From Pelomyxa schiedti (Eukaryota > Protista > Evosea): a DNA stretch of 64,000 bases. The notes below the pieces were generated by a model, which ran no database searches, was not told the origin of the DNA, and worked only from the letters and a program-made list of their open reading frames with translations. The stretch is taken from the NCBI GenBank assembly GCA_020536535.1, contig JAHLWZ010000836.1, positions 25,513 through 89,512 of the forward strand, read 5' to 3'. This document shows, piece by piece, positions 22,679 to 35,006 of this stretch. Made by a program: the position numbers and the translations under genes. Every line of letters begins with the position of its first letter. The first letter of the stretch is position 1.

Positions 22679-25600
22679 ATGTATATTGCGGAGATCATCG
22701 TAGAGGGATTCAAGTCGTATGCTCACAGAACCGTGATTGGCAAGTTTGACCCTCTGTTTAATGCAATTACTGGTCTCAATGGATCTGGCAAGAGCAACAT
22801 CTTGGACTCCATTTGCTTCGTGCTGGGGATTTCTCAGCTCTCTCAAGTTTAGTCTTTTTCGCCTCGGGAATATGTTGTGTAGTCTTAGTTATGACATTAC
22901 AGGTTCGAGTAGGATCCCTGCAAGAACTGGTGTTTAAGAAGGGGCAAGCAGGAATTACGAAAGCATCTGTGACTATTGTATTTAATAACGAAGACAAGAA
23001 AACCTCACCTGTTGGCTATGATGAATTCAATTCCATCAGTGTCACCAGACAAGTGGTGATTGGTGGTCGAAACAAGTATCTTATCAATGGCTCTCTTGCC
23101 CAAGCCGGCAAAGTCCTGGTTCATAGCCACCCTTCATTTCACTCTAACTTCTAACTTTTAACACCTAAGTGCAGAACTTCTTTCAATCTGTTCAGGTTAG
23201 TATGAGATTTTTATCTCTTTCATTGACTTGTGTAGTTGAACGTAAACAACCCCCATTTTCTCATTATGCAAGGACGCATTACCAAGGCATCTACAACACT
23301 TCACCCCTTTTTCTCATTCTGGCAGGTAATGAACATGAAACCTCTTGAGATCCTTGGGATGATTGAAGAGGCTGCAGGAACGAGAATGTACGAAACAAAG
23401 AAAAAAGCAACTCTTTGTACAATTGAAAAAAAGGAGAGAAAGGTAGAAGAAATCATCAAGGTGTGAGAGAAAAAACCAAGTGCACTACTGAACAATGAAG
23501 ATTCTTCAAGATGAGATCAGTCCTACTCTTGAAAAACTGCGCACTGAGCGTGACGAGTTTTTAGCATACACTGGAAATCAGACGGTTGTTGACAAGCTAG
23601 AGCGAGTCGTTTTGGCCCATGGATATGCCCAATCTCTGGTATGAGATTTCAACATATACAAAAGATTGACTTAGTAGTAGGAAGTTTTGAAATCGTCAGA
23701 AAAGGCGGAAAAGGAAGTAGCTGAAAGAATAGCTCAGCTTCAAGTTTTAAGAATACCAACTTGTTGTATTATTTACATCACCAAAGGAAACTATATCCTC
23801 CCATGAAAAACAAATTCGCGAAAAGAAGAGCAAAATTGCTTCTCTTACTGATAAGCGCGACAAGGTTTCCAGTAACTAAGGGAAATGTCATCTCAATCCT
23901 AACTTAAAATAGGAACATAATTCACTCCTCAAAAATCTGGAAAAAGAATCTGGTTCTGCATCAGAGCTTGTTGTCAAAGCTAATGTAGCTCTTTCACACA
24001 AACAAGAGGCTCTGCAAGCTGCAAAAAAGGCTTATCAATCCACTCTGGAGGAGATAGCTGCACTTACTCGAGCTCTTACTACAAAAACACGAGAGCACAA
24101 AATAGCCGACGAATTATTAAAGGGTGCTGATGCTACAACTGCCGGTCTCGTAGAAACTCTTCGTATTGTAGAGGCCCAGTATGAGACAAAGAGCATTGGT
24201 GTTAGTGTTGGTTCCAATGCAAAGTCTACTTCAACAGCAGACCCGTTGATGGGTATGTCTTCAATTAGAAGAGCCAAAATAGTTATTGTTTTTTCTTTTC
24301 AGATGCACGGAAAGCTGTTACTGAAGCAACAACGGAAGTTAAGCAGCTTGAAATGGAAGAAAACCATTTGCAGCAACAGCTAAGAGTGAGACATCCAAGC
24401 TCTTTAGTCTGAATTAAAAACCCACCAGGAAAAAAAGAGGAACAACGAGAAGCCAGCCCAAGAAGAAATAGCTCGGTACAATAAACAAATTGACAGACTC
24501 AAAGCTGAGCTGGAAGATCTAAAACAACGGCAACTATCAGTTGGGTTTGACCAAGAAAAATTGGATGAACTTGTCAAAAATCACACCAATTTACAAAGAC
24601 GTGCTGCCGAGTTGAAAGATGTAAAGATCTTTTATGTCTCTCCATGTTTACATTGTATCCAGAAAAAAGACCACCCACCTCCATACTTATCAAGATTGCA
24701 ATTCCTGTACAGTAATCCAACACCAAGCTTCGACCATGGGAAGGTCAAGGGACTTGTAGCCAAGTTGATTGATGTACCCGACCCATCTACAACAACGGCC
24801 GTTGAAACTGTCGCAGGAGGGAGGTTGTACAATGTACGCTTTTTTCCTTTTTACATCAAAACCAAAAACATCTTGAAACAAGGTGGTTGTTGATTCTGAA
24901 AAAACATCATCAGAGCTTATAAAGAACGGCAGACTTCAAGATCGTTACACTTTCATTCCATTGTCCCAGATAAGGGCTTCTAGGCTACCCGATCGGGTAC
25001 CCAAACACTTCAGTTGTTTTCTACTAATCCTACCAGGTTGTGAGCGCTGCTGAATCTGTTGCCGGAAGAGATAATGTTCGACTAGCTTTGTTTCTCGTTC
25101 GATATTCCTCAGAGGTACAGAAAGCTATGGAATATGTCTTTGGTGGAGCCTTTATATGCAAAGGTATGCTCTGTTAGAGATAAAATACGGATTGAGAAAC
25201 CAAACAAGATGACCCATCTGCTAGCAAAGTTGCGTTTTCTCCATCCACTGCAGCAAGGGCAGTTACCTTAGGTGGTGATGTGTATGACCCCCGAGGCACA
25301 CTTACTGGTGTGTATAAACTTCATTTGTTTGACACACTCATTTTCGAAGGTGGCTCGCAACAAAGCGCACATTCCGTTCTCAAAGCAATGTGTGAGCTCA
25401 ACACAGTAAATGAGGAATATGAAGCAGTTACTGGAAATCTAAAAGATGTTTCCATACAGATCACTGGCATTCAGGTTTTTTTTGTTATTCCCTTACTTTT
25501 TATTTATTAATGAGTAACAGGAAGCTGGCAGACAAACTCGTTCAGTAAAAACGGCGCTTGATCTCAAGCAACACGAACTTGAAATTTTAACTGCTCAACT

Positions 25601-27539
25601 ATCCTCCTCACCAGCAGCCCAGGTATTACCATTTTATGTACCGCCATAGTTACCATTTGCAAGGTCATTAAAGAGATTGAAGAGCTTCAACAGAGGGTTG
25701 TGCTGAAACAAGAGGCAATTGCACAAGCAAAAGAGAGACTCGCTAATGCCACCAGGCGGTGTCAAGAGCTACAGGGACAAGAGGGAACGCAATCCACTGG
25801 TTCATCACGAGACGCTGAGTTGAAGAGATTAGAGGTGACAAATCTGTCTAGAGCTGTTATGACTGTACAAAATACTCACAAGCACAGGAGCAAATTCGGC
25901 AGGCAAAGGCAGCCGTGAAAAAAGATGCTAACCAAAGAAAGGAAAAAAAGCAGACTGCAGAGAAGCTCCGTTTAGAGAAAGGTTATTCCATTCACAACTG
26001 TTGGCCTTTCTACAATTCTTAAAACAGAGGGACTAGAGAAGGAACTAGACATCCAGCAGAACCAACAATTGAAACAACTTGAAGAGCAAGTCAGGGTAAG
26101 TGCTGCAGAGCTCAAAGATGTAGAGGAAACGTATGCTGAGGCCAAGGTAGTACAAGCTGACAAGTATCCTTGACTGCTTCTAATGTTCCTTAGGTTAAGA
26201 GGGATCAAGCTAAGGAAGCAGAGGAAGCAAGAAAAAAAGAGATAGAATCTCAGTCCCATAAAATCACCAAGCTTAATCAGGTCCCCACCCAGGCGATACA
26301 CTTCCCTACCTTGGCTTATCCTTTACAGGAATGTGACGAACTATTCTCTCGAAAAAGTGAAGCAGAAATTGATCTAAAGAAACACGAACACTCACGCGAG
26401 AAATGTAGCAAAGCCAAAGAGCAGGCCAGCAAGTACATTCGTGAAAAAGAAAAAAGTCACCCTTGGATAAACTCAGACAAACAGTTTTCATTTGCACATG
26501 TTAACTTATTTAACACTACTTAGTAAATTTGGTCAGAAGGGCGATTATGATTTTAGTCATATTGAAGATGATAAAAGGAAGCTAAAGGAAAAGAAGGCTG
26601 AGCAGGAAGAACTATTCAAGAGGGTGCGCAATGGTTTTTCGCCTGGGAATCACTAACAAATAAAAGTTGAACCGTAAAGTGATGACAATGTATGAATCGA
26701 CAGAAGGTACACTCATCCGGAAGTATGGAAATACTCACAGCCCTTCATGAAGAAAAATACCACGACTTGGTAAAAAAAAGAGAGAAATTGGAAAAAGATA
26801 AGAAATCTATCGAGACCACAATTGCAAATCTCGACTTAAAGAAGAAACAGACTCTGCAAGCCACTTTCAAGAAAGTTGACAAGTAGGATATCAACCCCTT
26901 ACCGTTTGTGATTGCTAAGGCCGTTTTAACAGAGATTTCACCTCTATTTTCTCTTCCCTTCTACCTGGTTCTACTGCAAAGCTGGAGAAAGTTGGGGATA
27001 CTATATTTGAGGGGCTGGAAGTTAAAGTGGCATTCAGAAATGTATGGAAGAGTCTTACCGAGTTATCTGGTGGTCAGCGGTAACTCATCTTTTTCGTCTT
27101 TAATGTGTTTTAACTCGAATTGCAACCACTCAATAGATCACTTCTTGCCTTGTCACTAATCTTGGCTCTTCTGTTATACAAGCCTGCACCAATGTATATC
27201 CTAGGTTATCCGTCTTCCATATCAATGCACGCCCGGAGTTGTCTAACCTCACTACAATCAGATGAAGTTGACGCTGCTCTCGATCCAAGTCACACCCAAA
27301 ACATCGGCAGCATGCTCAAGACCCACTTTGGGCACAGCCAGTTCATAGTGGTGAGCCTCAAAAAGGGCATGTACAACAACGCCAACGTCGTCTTTGAGGC
27401 CAAGTGCATAGACGGAGTCAGCACAGTCAGCCGCAGAACAAACAAAGACGTCGTCGCCACAGGCGCGGACTCTGACGACGAGGACGCCCAGCCCCACGGT
27501 CCCACTTCCAAACGTCCCAGAAAAGGGGGCAGAACATAA
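22679..27539 (+). CDS. SMC2: Condensin subunit SMC2, many short introns
   Basis: [25 protein letters not shown] (Walker A); [17 protein letters not shown]; hinge GGRLYNVVV; LSGGQRSL; [15 protein letters not shown]; SQFIVVSLK. Confidence 0.97.
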
Positions 27540-27905
27540 AACCAAAGAAACAACGCCCACCCAAAAGCAGCAGCAGGAGCGCTACTTGCAGCTACACGAC
27601 CAAGTACAGAAGAAAAACAACAGAATTTGATTTCTTTTTTTTACCTTTGGAAGTGTGAAATTTTCTGCCTGCTGAGTGTGTGGCCTTCCTGAATACCTCT
27701 AATAATTATTATCCACGCTAATGTTGACAACAGAACATCGGAGAAAATATTGCAAAGTCGGCACTGCTTGGCAAGAGTAGCAGTTTTTTACTGTTCGTAA
27801 CCGGTGTCGGAGATACTACCAATGAGGAGGTATCTACGAAAGAAAACACCAACCGGAGTAAAAAAAAACCAACTTATTTCTCCTTGCAGTTGACCGATCA
27901 GTTTG

Positions 27906-29528
27906 ATGGCGAGACTGGAGCCAAGCGCCGTTTCGAAGTTTGGTTTGGCATTGGACCTTGACGGTGAGGTTTTTTTTTTAGTGCTTGGGCAGAAAGTGCC
28001 TCCCCTAATTCTGTTGTTTGTCCGTTGGCAGGAGTTCTTCTTAGGGACGGGGTTCCAATGCCAAGAGTGTTGGAGGCTGTGAGGAGGCTTACAGGACAAA
28101 ACGGTACGACGTCGCGTGTGCCGCTAGTTTTTGTGAGCAACAATGGGGGGTTACCTGAGCGTGATTATGCTAGTGTTTTGTCATCTACATTGCAGTTTAA
28201 CGTGAGTGACCAAAGATACTATCTTAATAGTGAAGGGACAGCTGGGATGGGGATAACTTTTTTTTTTTTTTTTTTTTTCGTTTATTAGATGATACCTGCT
28301 TGGGATTGTTAACATGCAATAACAGGTTCATGAAAATCAAGTTGTACTGTCACACACACCCATGAGAAAACCTGCTGCTGAATTCACCAACAGAAAGGTG
28401 CTTGTTGTGGCTCGAAATGAGGCTGCAACCAAACTTCCTCCAGCCTATGGTTTGACAAAGTTCATTTCTCTGACCGACTTTGCTTGCGCTCACCCACAGT
28501 TGTGGCCTCTGAAGACGTATCCTCCTTTCTTGGCTCACCTAATGGTGCGGTTCCATTTCTTCCACTTGTAGGCTCTGATGAATTAGCCCAGCTGCCTCTT
28601 TGATGAGACACCAGTTGAAGGGATTTTCATTTTTCAAGCACCAGATGATTGGGGAGAGGTTCACACTTCTTTTTCCTTTCCCTAATAACGGAATTTAGGC
28701 CATCCAAATAATCTGCGACTTAGTTCTTGGCAACGGTAGCATAACAACGGTTGCCTCTATTCTTTGGTAGAAGATTCTAATTTTCACTGAACCCAGCCAC
28801 AAGATGTTTCTGGAGTCAAACCGCAGATACCCATTTTTTTGGCAAATCCGGATGTTGTTTATCAAGGGGATCATCATGTACCCCGCTTTACAGTCGGAGC
28901 CTTCCTCATGTGTCTGCGCACAATGTACAAGGTAATACATTGAAACACGTAAATCAATCACTTGTTAAACATACTGCAGTATGCTTCAGGAAGGGATCTT
29001 GAGGTGAAAGTTTATGGCAAACCTGACATATTCACCTATAAATATGTTGAAGAATCTCTTCAACAACAGGTTCCCATTCATAAATAATTTTTTTACCACT
29101 CCACTACTCCTTACTACTCTCCTTCAATCAGGCTGACACTTTGGGACAGAAATTAGAGGTCATTTACGCCATAGGTTTTCTTTACCAAAGGAACTTGTAT
29201 CACTATCAAGTAACCGGCCACATTAGGAGATAACCCATCCTCTGGTATTACCCTCTGTTGAACTGCACATCTGCATTCATAAAAAAAAAACAGACATCCA
29301 AGGGGCTGACAATGCCAGCCTCACTTCCAACTATTCTTGGTTCACAATTCTAACCCGCGGAGGGTGTTTTCACGGTCAAGATAACGATCCCCGCTTCCCG
29401 GCTAAGGTTCTACGTCTCCCTCTCACCAATCCTACCTAATTCACAAATAGGCTGTTGTAACTGACTTCAGTGATGCCCTTTCCCTTGTGTTCCAGAGAGA
29501 ATCTTATTCCCCATCCAAAACAGAATAA
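27906..29528 (+). CDS. HAD-superfamily class IIA hydrolase (HDHD5/CECR5-like)
   Basis: DLDGVL, FVSNNGG, QVVLSHTP, YGKP, IGDNPSSDIQGA, WFTILTRGG. Confidence 0.88.
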
Positions 29529-29590
29529 ACGGAAAAACATTGGAAACATAGAAAATTTAAAAAACCTACATCACGGGTTTTCTTTTCTCT

Positions 29591-30579
29591 TCAAACAGTT
29601 TTGATGTACTTAGAAACAAAGGTTCGCACACTCTTGGCAAACAGGGAGAGTCTGGCGTGGTTCTTGGGTGGATGTCTGGGGTCTTTTTCCATTTTGCCAG
29701 TTTTGGCTGAAAACCAAGCAAAGTCCACCATCTCCTTCTGATGTCGGGGTATGCCCTGTTTCCGGTTATGCTTGCCCATGGCTTTTTTGATGGAGTTTCT
29801 GAGCTTGAAATAATGAGTGCCAGGCGGCAAGTTCACAATGAAAACCGGGGTCCTCCGGCCATCTACATTCCGCCTCACGAGGATATAGGGCTTTTCCTTG
29901 TTCAATAAGTCCGCAAACCTGAAGCGGTGTGTGGCTTCCGGTTCCCCAACTTTAAACCTGGACAGTTTGAATTCCTCCTTTAATTCACGCTTGGCAAGGT
30001 TGAACCAGCAAAGCTTTCCTTTCACACGATCACATCGTTCTGCCTTGCCTGCTGCAATATTGTATTCCCCTTTGTATGTCCCTCCACGTTCCTTTCCTAG
30101 CCCCAGCAGAAAGTCTTTTGTAGGAGTAGTAGCAAGCAGGGCAACTCCTGCACCGGCATTTATTTTTGCCTTGGACCGAAGAGCTCTGCACCACTTATGG
30201 GTGCATCCCTTTTCCTTCTTGTGCTTCTTGTCCTTTTTATCCTTTTTGTGCTTGTGCTTGTCCTTGTCCTTGTGCTTTTTGTCCTTCCTGTCCTTTTCCT
30301 TGTCCTTTTTGTCCTTGTCCTTGTGCTTGTGCTTGTGCTTGTGCTTTTTGTCCTTTTTGTCCTTCTTGTCCTTCTTTTTGTTCTTCTTATGCTTCTTGTC
30401 CTTCTCCTTTTTGTTCTTTTTATCTTTCTTTCCCTTATCGTCCTTATCCTTCTCCACTGTAATTTTTTCACTTACATTGTCCACCTTGAGCTTCTTTGTC
30501 TTGGTTTTGCTGTTAGTAACAGGGAAACTAGTAGGAAACCTACTACAGGAGGCAGGACTATTCGGTCCCGTTGCTTTTT
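29591..30579 (-). CDS. Lys/His/Asp-rich linker + Nudix hydrolase domain; no upstream ATG in frame, probably the C-terminal part of the ART gene
   Basis: GAGVALL...LLGLGKE...YNIAAGKAE...AKRELKEEF Nudix-box-like motif. Frame is open from ~30579 and the first Met lies near the C-terminus. Confidence 0.7.
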
Positions 30580-31530
30580 ATATAAAATAAGATATTCAGG
30601 AAGGGCTAAACGATCCCTGAAGATGGCATATTCTCTCTGTGGGAAGTTAATGTAGAGAAATGTATTATTGTACCTTTCTTTCATGTGGACCCAGTACAGC
30701 AGCATCCAAACCAGAAACATGTGGGTGCCTGTGGTGCCTCAGAGAAAAGTTTCTCTTCTTGCCCTTGTTTTTCGTTGATTGGACTAACGCAACAGAAGAA
30801 GCAAACCAAGATTACGCGAAGTATAAACAGGACCTGTACCCCGAGACGTTTCTTAGCATATCCATCAGCCACAGATACGGACTGTGGAGAGTAAATAACA
30901 ATGATTCAGAGAGGACACAGTATACCGGTGCTGTATAAATTGCCTTTCCAACTTTATGCTTTGGGGAGGAAAATTTAACTTTGAAGCCGTTTTTAATGAT
31001 GGAGCAGACTGGGCAGCGAGCAGAATTACATACCGGTGGTGACGGGTTTTGGTTTTGTTTCTGTATTACCGTTATAGTCATAGGTGCTGAGGTCATATAC
31101 CAGTAAATTACAAATACACCGTGTTCCATGGAACACCCACCTCTTGTGAGCGTGTTCCTTCAATCTTTGGGCACTCTTAATAAATCGCTCTTTAAGCCTC
31201 TGGTTTCTCACCTATTAAGCAAATGCTTCATGTTCAATACGGGTTTGAGGATCATTTTTCAAAAAATTAAGCAGACTAGAGAGTGCGTTGTACGTTTATT
31301 GACTCACCTTGAATACCGCAAGTACTTTCATGTTAGCAGGTGGCCTGTAAGGCCTGTCGTGATGCTTCAATTTTGTACGTCGGCGCCATCCACGCTCCAG
31401 CTTATTCAGTACCCACTCGAGGTGCCGACCACGAACAAGTGTCAAGTATCTGCAATTTTGTCCCTGTGTATTATATTCGTTTCTCTCTTTGTGGCGGTTT
31501 CATTTTTTGACTTACGGGTGGGTCCGCCAT
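30575..31530 (-). CDS. PARP-like (H-Y-E) ADP-ribosyltransferase domain, 7 exons
   Basis: Spliced by eye: MADPP/GQNC...VFK/VRNQRL...WVFHGTRCICNLL/...CNSARCPVCSIIKNGF...GKAIYTAP/SVSVADGYA...LRVIL/GK.../REYAIFRDRLALPEYLILYK. Confidence 0.8.
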
Positions 31531-31662
31531 GTCGTTTGCCAACCGGTTTTTGTTCTGTTGTGGTTTCTACGAAGTTACCAACTTGGCAAGGAAAAGGAAG
31601 AAAAAAAAACCCGAGCCCGCGCGATGTGTTGTTATTTTTTTTCCACTTTTGTAACTTGGAGG

Positions 31663-33300
31663 TCAAGGGCTCCCTTTGGAGGTGTAGGACAAACACCACT
31701 CAATGGAGGCGGACATCGGCGGTGTTTTGACACGTGACAGCACTTGCCTGACGTCATCCCGTTTCAGTCCACAGTCTAAAACCAGCCATTTGACCACCTC
31801 AATCCTATCGCTCTGACAGGTTTCCAGGAGCAGCTGGTTGCCCTTTACTCTGAGGTCGGCATAGACCAGTCCACCACATGAAACCAGCCACTTTGCTGTT
31901 TCAAGTTGCCCATTGCTGCAGGCCTGGGCCAGCGCCTCACAGTGGTTATATCTGGCAAGTTCTGCTGGTGTCTGTCCTATCTTACTGGCAACCCATTTAG
32001 CGGTCTCTATGTCCGCTCTGGCGCAGGATACAACAAAGGAACCTGGCGCGATTGGCATACCACGTGATGTGAGCCACTCTGCAATGTCCAGGTGCTTCCT
32101 TTCACAGCAAAGTTCTAGGGTGTTGGTTCCGATGCAGTGGGTAAACTGGAATTCCCGCTTCGCTGAGGAGAGACCGTAACCTGACAGGGATTGCCGCATT
32201 GGTAGGTCCCACATGTCAACGACCCACTTTAAGAGGTCCAACCTGCCAAACGCACATAGTCCAGGCAGGAGTATATCTACAGCGTAGTCTTGTCCAACAC
32301 GAGCGAAAGTTGCACTAAGCCATTCTGCTATATCCCGATGCCCAAGAAGACAGCTCTGGGCAAAACAAGAGTTGATCCTATTTGGCCCCAGTACAGTTAT
32401 GGAATATGTTGTGGCGAGCCACTTGACAAGTTTCAAGTTTCCGGATTTGCAGGCGCACTGCAGCGCATCACATTCAAAACAGCAGGCCTGCTGGCTCGTG
32501 AGCGAGAACCTAGTTGCAAGCCACTCTACAAGTTCCATTTTGCCTGTTCCACACGCAAGCCTGAAAGCATAGCACAGCCTATCACAAAAGTGTTTTGCAG
32601 CCAGCCCAAAGGTAGCATCCAGCCACTGTATAGCACCCATATGGCCCCCCATGCAAGCCAACTGCAGTGCCATTGTGACTCCATCTCCACTCACAGAACA
32701 CACCCCAGGCCTGTCCAAGAAACTCTCGTCAATATCATCGGAATCACTTGCGGTGGTAGTAGTATTAGCAGGCGCGGTGGCGGGGTCCGGTTTCACCATC
32801 ATGGGACGAGCGAACGTGGACAGCCACCAGCGGGCTCCGGCGACGGAGCCTCGGCTGCAGCACAGCGCGACGGCGCGGGACGTGGGCTCGCGGCCTATGG
32901 CGGGGCACAGGTAGCCCAGCGACTGCAGCGCGGCGTGGAAGGCGGACACGGAGGCGACGTCGCGGAGCAGCAGGGCGCGGGGGCGCCATGGCGGCGGCAG
33001 GGGGCTGCTGCTGCTCCCGGGGACGGGGCTCGGGGGGTCGCCGCCGCTGCTGCAGTAGCGGAACGCGATCCAGTGCGAGCAGCGGAAGCACTCGAGGGAC
33101 GCGCACTCGGCCACGGCGCACAGGGGGCTCCGGCGGCACTGCTCGTCCACAAGGCGCCGCGAGCCCAGAGCCACGAGCGGGAAAAAGGCCTCGGCCGCGA
33201 CCACGCAGTCGCGGGAGGACAACAACCGCCATACGTGGCTCCAAACGATGTGGGATAAACGTACAACATTATCACCAACTCCTGTCTTTTCGGTCGACAT
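31663..33300 (-). CDS. Degenerate ankyrin-repeat protein, intronless
   Basis: Repeated AC..G.L..++WL units across a 545-aa ORF. Confidence 0.8.
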   Translation of the reverse strand: MSTEKTGVGDNVVRLSHIVWSHVWRLLSSRDCVVAAEAFFPLVALGSRRLVDEQCRRSPLCAVAECASLECFRCSHWIAFRYCSSGGDPPSPVPGSSSSPLPPPWRPRALLLRDVASVSAFHAALQSLGYLCPAIGREPTSRAVALCCSRGSVAGARWWLSTFARPMMVKPDPATAPANTTTTASDSDDIDESFLDRPGVCSVSGDGVTMALQLACMGGHMGAIQWLDATFGLAAKHFCDRLCYAFRLACGTGKMELVEWLATRFSLTSQQACCFECDALQCACKSGNLKLVKWLATTYSITVLGPNRINSCFAQSCLLGHRDIAEWLSATFARVGQDYAVDILLPGLCAFGRLDLLKWVVDMWDLPMRQSLSGYGLSSAKREFQFTHCIGTNTLELCCERKHLDIAEWLTSRGMPIAPGSFVVSCARADIETAKWVASKIGQTPAELARYNHCEALAQACSNGQLETAKWLVSCGGLVYADLRVKGNQLLLETCQSDRIEVVKWLVLDCGLKRDDVRQVLSRVKTPPMSASIEWCLSYTSKGSP

Positions 33301-33401
33301 CGTGTTCCCGTAAAAAGAGTCTCTTGTTAAATCTCAAAGAAAGAAAGGGCTCCGCGTTTACTTGTTTGAGTGGAAAAAGTGGCTGGACAAGTCGAGGGTA
33401 A

Positions 33402-35006
33402 TTACCTGCCATGCTTTTTCTTTGAGGAATGGCTTGCGGTAGGTGTTTTTGTCGTTGCTTTTGTGAACGCACTCAAGTTCTGTTGCAACAGCAAAGCGAG
33501 CTTCTGCATTGACTCCCTGTGTCCTGCGTCAGCGGCCCTCCGGTAAAGCGAGAATGCCATATCCAAGTCTATGAGCCCTTGTGCGCCAAACTCTAGGGAC
33601 GATGCAACCCTGAATATGGAGACCACATGACCCCTTCCAATGACTTCCTGATAAAGAGAGTTGGCTTTGCTGATGTCTGCAGACACACCCAGACCATTTT
33701 CATAGCACAACGCCAGCAGGACCCTTGCCTCACATGAGGATGTTTCTGCTGCAGCCTTCATAATAGGCTCGGAACCATTGTAGCCGCGAGCACACCCCAT
33801 CAAGACACTGCATCCATATGTAAGAATTGCTTGAGTATTGCCCTTCTCGTAGGCACTTCGGATGAGCGAAACGGTGAAGTTCATATCAACGGGTACACCT
33901 GTTCCTCGGCAGTAGCATGTACCAAGCTCGAACATGGCGTCACTATTTCCGGCATCAACTGCCCTCTTCAGGAGGGGAATTGCTTTATTGTAGTCCACAG
34001 CAACCCCTTTGCCATCTATGTAATACTGAGCAAGTTTGCACATTGAAGGCGCATGTCCTTTCATTACAGCTCTCTCCGCAAGTGAAACAGCTTTAGCTGG
34101 GTCTTTGGGAACGCCATCACCACTCATATAGGCATCGGCCAGGCTATTCATGGCAGCCGCGTAGCCACCGTCAACCGATCGCTGGAAAAGCTCAATTGCC
34201 TTCGTGATATCTCTCTCGGTCCCACTTCCAGTTGAAAGTAAGCTGCCCATGAGATATAAGGCCTTCGGGTCGCCGGCTTCAACGCCCTTTTGAATAAGTG
34301 CGAGACCTTTGGCGATGTCCTCAGGTACTCCTTTCCCAATTATATAGAGGTGACCGAGATTCAGCTCAGCACGCCATACAACTTCTGGCTCATTTGTACC
34401 AGCAGCTTTCTGGAATAGAGAAATAGCCGTATTAGTATCAAGTGGAACGCCATGGCCATGGAGATAAAGACATCCAAGATTAAGATACGCCCCTGGCCAT
34501 CCAAGATCAGCTGCTCTCTGTAGAAAACGAACCCCAGTGTCTAGATTTTTCACAACGCCACAACCCGTCATATAGCAGTCCCCAAGGGTGAAGAGTGCTT
34601 CTGCATGTCCGGCATCTGAAGCCCTCTGAAGGTAAGGAATCGCTAGCGGGGGATCTTTCTTGACACACTCCCCAAACAAATAGCAGTTGGCCAGCTTGAG
34701 CATTGCCTTCACACTGCCGGCGTCTATTGCCTTGTTGTAGTACTGAATGGCCTTGATGGGATCTGGATCTGTGCCCTGGCCCCTCCTGTAGTATTCCGCA
34801 ACAGTAAGCAGCATCTCGTGATCGCCAGACCCATCAGCCAAATCCGTGAATATAGCAAATCCCCTGGGTTCGTTATGTCCAGCGTTGAAACAGAAATCCA
34901 ATTTCATCGTTCCACCCCTAGCTCTTTCTCGCCAAATATCGTCAAGATCCAGATCCATTTCACTAGGAAACAGGTAGGTTAAGCACGAGAAAGATGTGCG
35001 ATACAT
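33402..35006 (-). CDS. Sel1-like repeat protein
   Basis: About 11 repeats of A...LG.CY..G.GV..D...A...+Q.A...G. Confidence 0.9.
   Translation of the reverse strand: MYRTSFSCLTYLFPSEMDLDLDDIWRERARGGTMKLDFCFNAGHNEPRGFAIFTDLADGSGDHEMLLTVAEYYRRGQGTDPDPIKAIQYYNKAIDAGSVKAMLKLANCYLFGECVKKDPPLAIPYLQRASDAGHAEALFTLGDCYMTGCGVVKNLDTGVRFLQRAADLGWPGAYLNLGCLYLHGHGVPLDTNTAISLFQKAAGTNEPEVVWRAELNLGHLYIIGKGVPEDIAKGLALIQKGVEAGDPKALYLMGSLLSTGSGTERDITKAIELFQRSVDGGYAAAMNSLADAYMSGDGVPKDPAKAVSLAERAVMKGHAPSMCKLAQYYIDGKGVAVDYNKAIPLLKRAVDAGNSDAMFELGTCYCRGTGVPVDMNFTVSLIRSAYEKGNTQAILTYGCSVLMGCARGYNGSEPIMKAAAETSSCEARVLLALCYENGLGVSADISKANSLYQEVIGRGHVVSIFRVASSLEFGAQGLIDLDMAFSLYRRAADAGHRESMQKLALLLQQNLSAFTKATTKTPTASHSSKKKHGR

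Noticed and set aside
23113-23174. Apparent non-canonical GT-AA intron in SMC2 that would give KVQNFF
   Set aside because: A canonical GT-AG alternative (KVL/NFF) keeps the frame; cannot be decided without reads.
29898-30655. Antisense or alternative-frame ORFs rich in Leu/Val/Cys/Phe
   Set aside because: Shadows of the Lys/Asp/His low-complexity repeat.
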